A stretch of 64,000 nt of DNA from Isurus oxyrinchus (Eukaryota): the NCBI GenBank assembly GCA_026770705.1, contig JANJGN010000150.1, positions 744,001 through 808,000 on the forward strand, in the 5' to 3' direction. Positions within the stretch are counted from its first letter, which is position 1, and each line of letters starts with the position of its first letter. Of this stretch, positions 62,880 through 64,000 are shown piece by piece. A program made the translations under genes and the position numbers. The notes below the pieces were generated by a model. The model was not told the origin of the DNA. It was given only the letters and a program-made list of their open reading frames with translations, and ran no database searches.

Positions 62880-63585
62880 CTAGGCCAGCATTTATGGCCC
62901 ATCCCTAATTACCTTGAGAAGGTGGTGGTGAGCTGCCTTCCTGAACCTCTGCACTCCATGTGGTGTAGGTACACCCACAATGCAGTTAGAGAAGGAAGTC
63001 CAAGATTTTGACCAAGTGGCAGTGAAGGGACGCCAATATATTTCAAAATCAGGATGATGTGTGGCTTGGAGGGGAACTTCCAGGTGGTGGTGTTCCCCTA
63101 TGTCTGCTGCCCTTGTCCTTCTCAATGGTAGAGGTCGTGGGATTGGAAGGTGCTGTTGAAGGAACCTTGCTGAGTTGCTGAAGTTCATGTTGTAGATGGG
63201 ACACACTGCTGCCACTGTGCATTGACGATGGAGGGAGTGAGTGTTGCTGTGGTTGAGGGAGAGCCAATCAAGCGGGGCTGCTTTGTCCAGGGTGGTGTCG
63301 AGCTTCTTGAGTGTTGTTGGAGCTGCACTCATCCAGGCAAGTGGAGAGTATTCCATTCACACTCCTGCCTTGTGCTATGTCGATGATGGACAGGATTTGA
63401 GGAGTCAGGAGGTGAGTTACTCACCGCAGGATTCCCAGCCTCTGAGCTGCTCTTGTAGCCACAATGTTTATGTGGCTGACCCAGTTCAGATTCTCGTCAA
63501 TGGTAACCCCCAGGCTGTTAACACTGGGGGATTCAGTGATGGTGCTGCCATTGAATATCAAGGGGAGATGGTTAGATTCCCTCTT
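62880..63585 (-). mobile_element. LINE 3' fragment
   Basis: MEYSPLAWMSAAPTTLKKLDT; same family as 17985-18310. Confidence 0.8.
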
Positions 63586-64000
63586 GCGTGCATTCAGATT
63601 AAGAACCTATCTGTCTTTACCCCATTTCCCCTACTCTGACCTTATTTGCTGGGATAAAAACAAAGAAAACTGCGGATGCTGGAAATCCAAAACAAAAACA
63701 GAATTCCCTGGAAAAACTCAGCAGGTCTGGCAGCATCGGCGGAGAAGAAAAGAGTTGACGTTTCGAGTCCTCATGACCCTTCGACAGAACTTGATTTCGA
63801 GTCCAAGAAAGAGTTGAAATATAAGCTGGTTTAAGGTGTGTGTGTGTGGGGGGCGGAGAGATAGAGAGAGACAGAGGTGCTTGTGTAGCCCCCAGTTTCA
63901 TTTTATCCTTCGGCTCATCTGACGCCTCAACAAGAAACTTTTTCTCTTTCTCTCAACTGCTAAGGAACGTAAGCTCCAACAACTCATCGACACCAACACC

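Overview
Eukaryotic, repeat-rich vertebrate DNA. The repeat families and gene types suggest a cartilaginous fish (shark); this is an inference. The window holds an immune cluster of four loci. (A) A complete minus-strand Siglec-family receptor (59255->40397, 17 coding exons, about 1410 aa): signal peptide, sialic-acid-binding V-set domain, Siglec domain 2, eleven near-identical tandem 282-nt Ig exons, an uncharged TM segment, and an ITIM plus ITSM tail. (B) An inverted plus-strand paralogue (271->~15569): one leader, three alternative or tandem V-set exons, a domain-2 exon with a destroyed splice donor, a frameshifted Ig remnant, and no TM. (C) A third, divergent Siglec-like gene (leader 31773-31728, V exon from 30908), truncated by a Gypsy-type retrotransposon. 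(D) A three-exon hepcidin (HAMP)-like gene (26711->22480, minus) that the ORF track misses. It encodes an atypical 29-aa, 8-Cys mature peptide, and in this assembly its exon 1 runs into a minisatellite and an in-frame stop. The rest is LINE (CR1/L2), LTR and Penelope-like debris, plus mini- and microsatellites. All exon boundaries were read by hand from splice signals and reading-frame phase. No searches were run.
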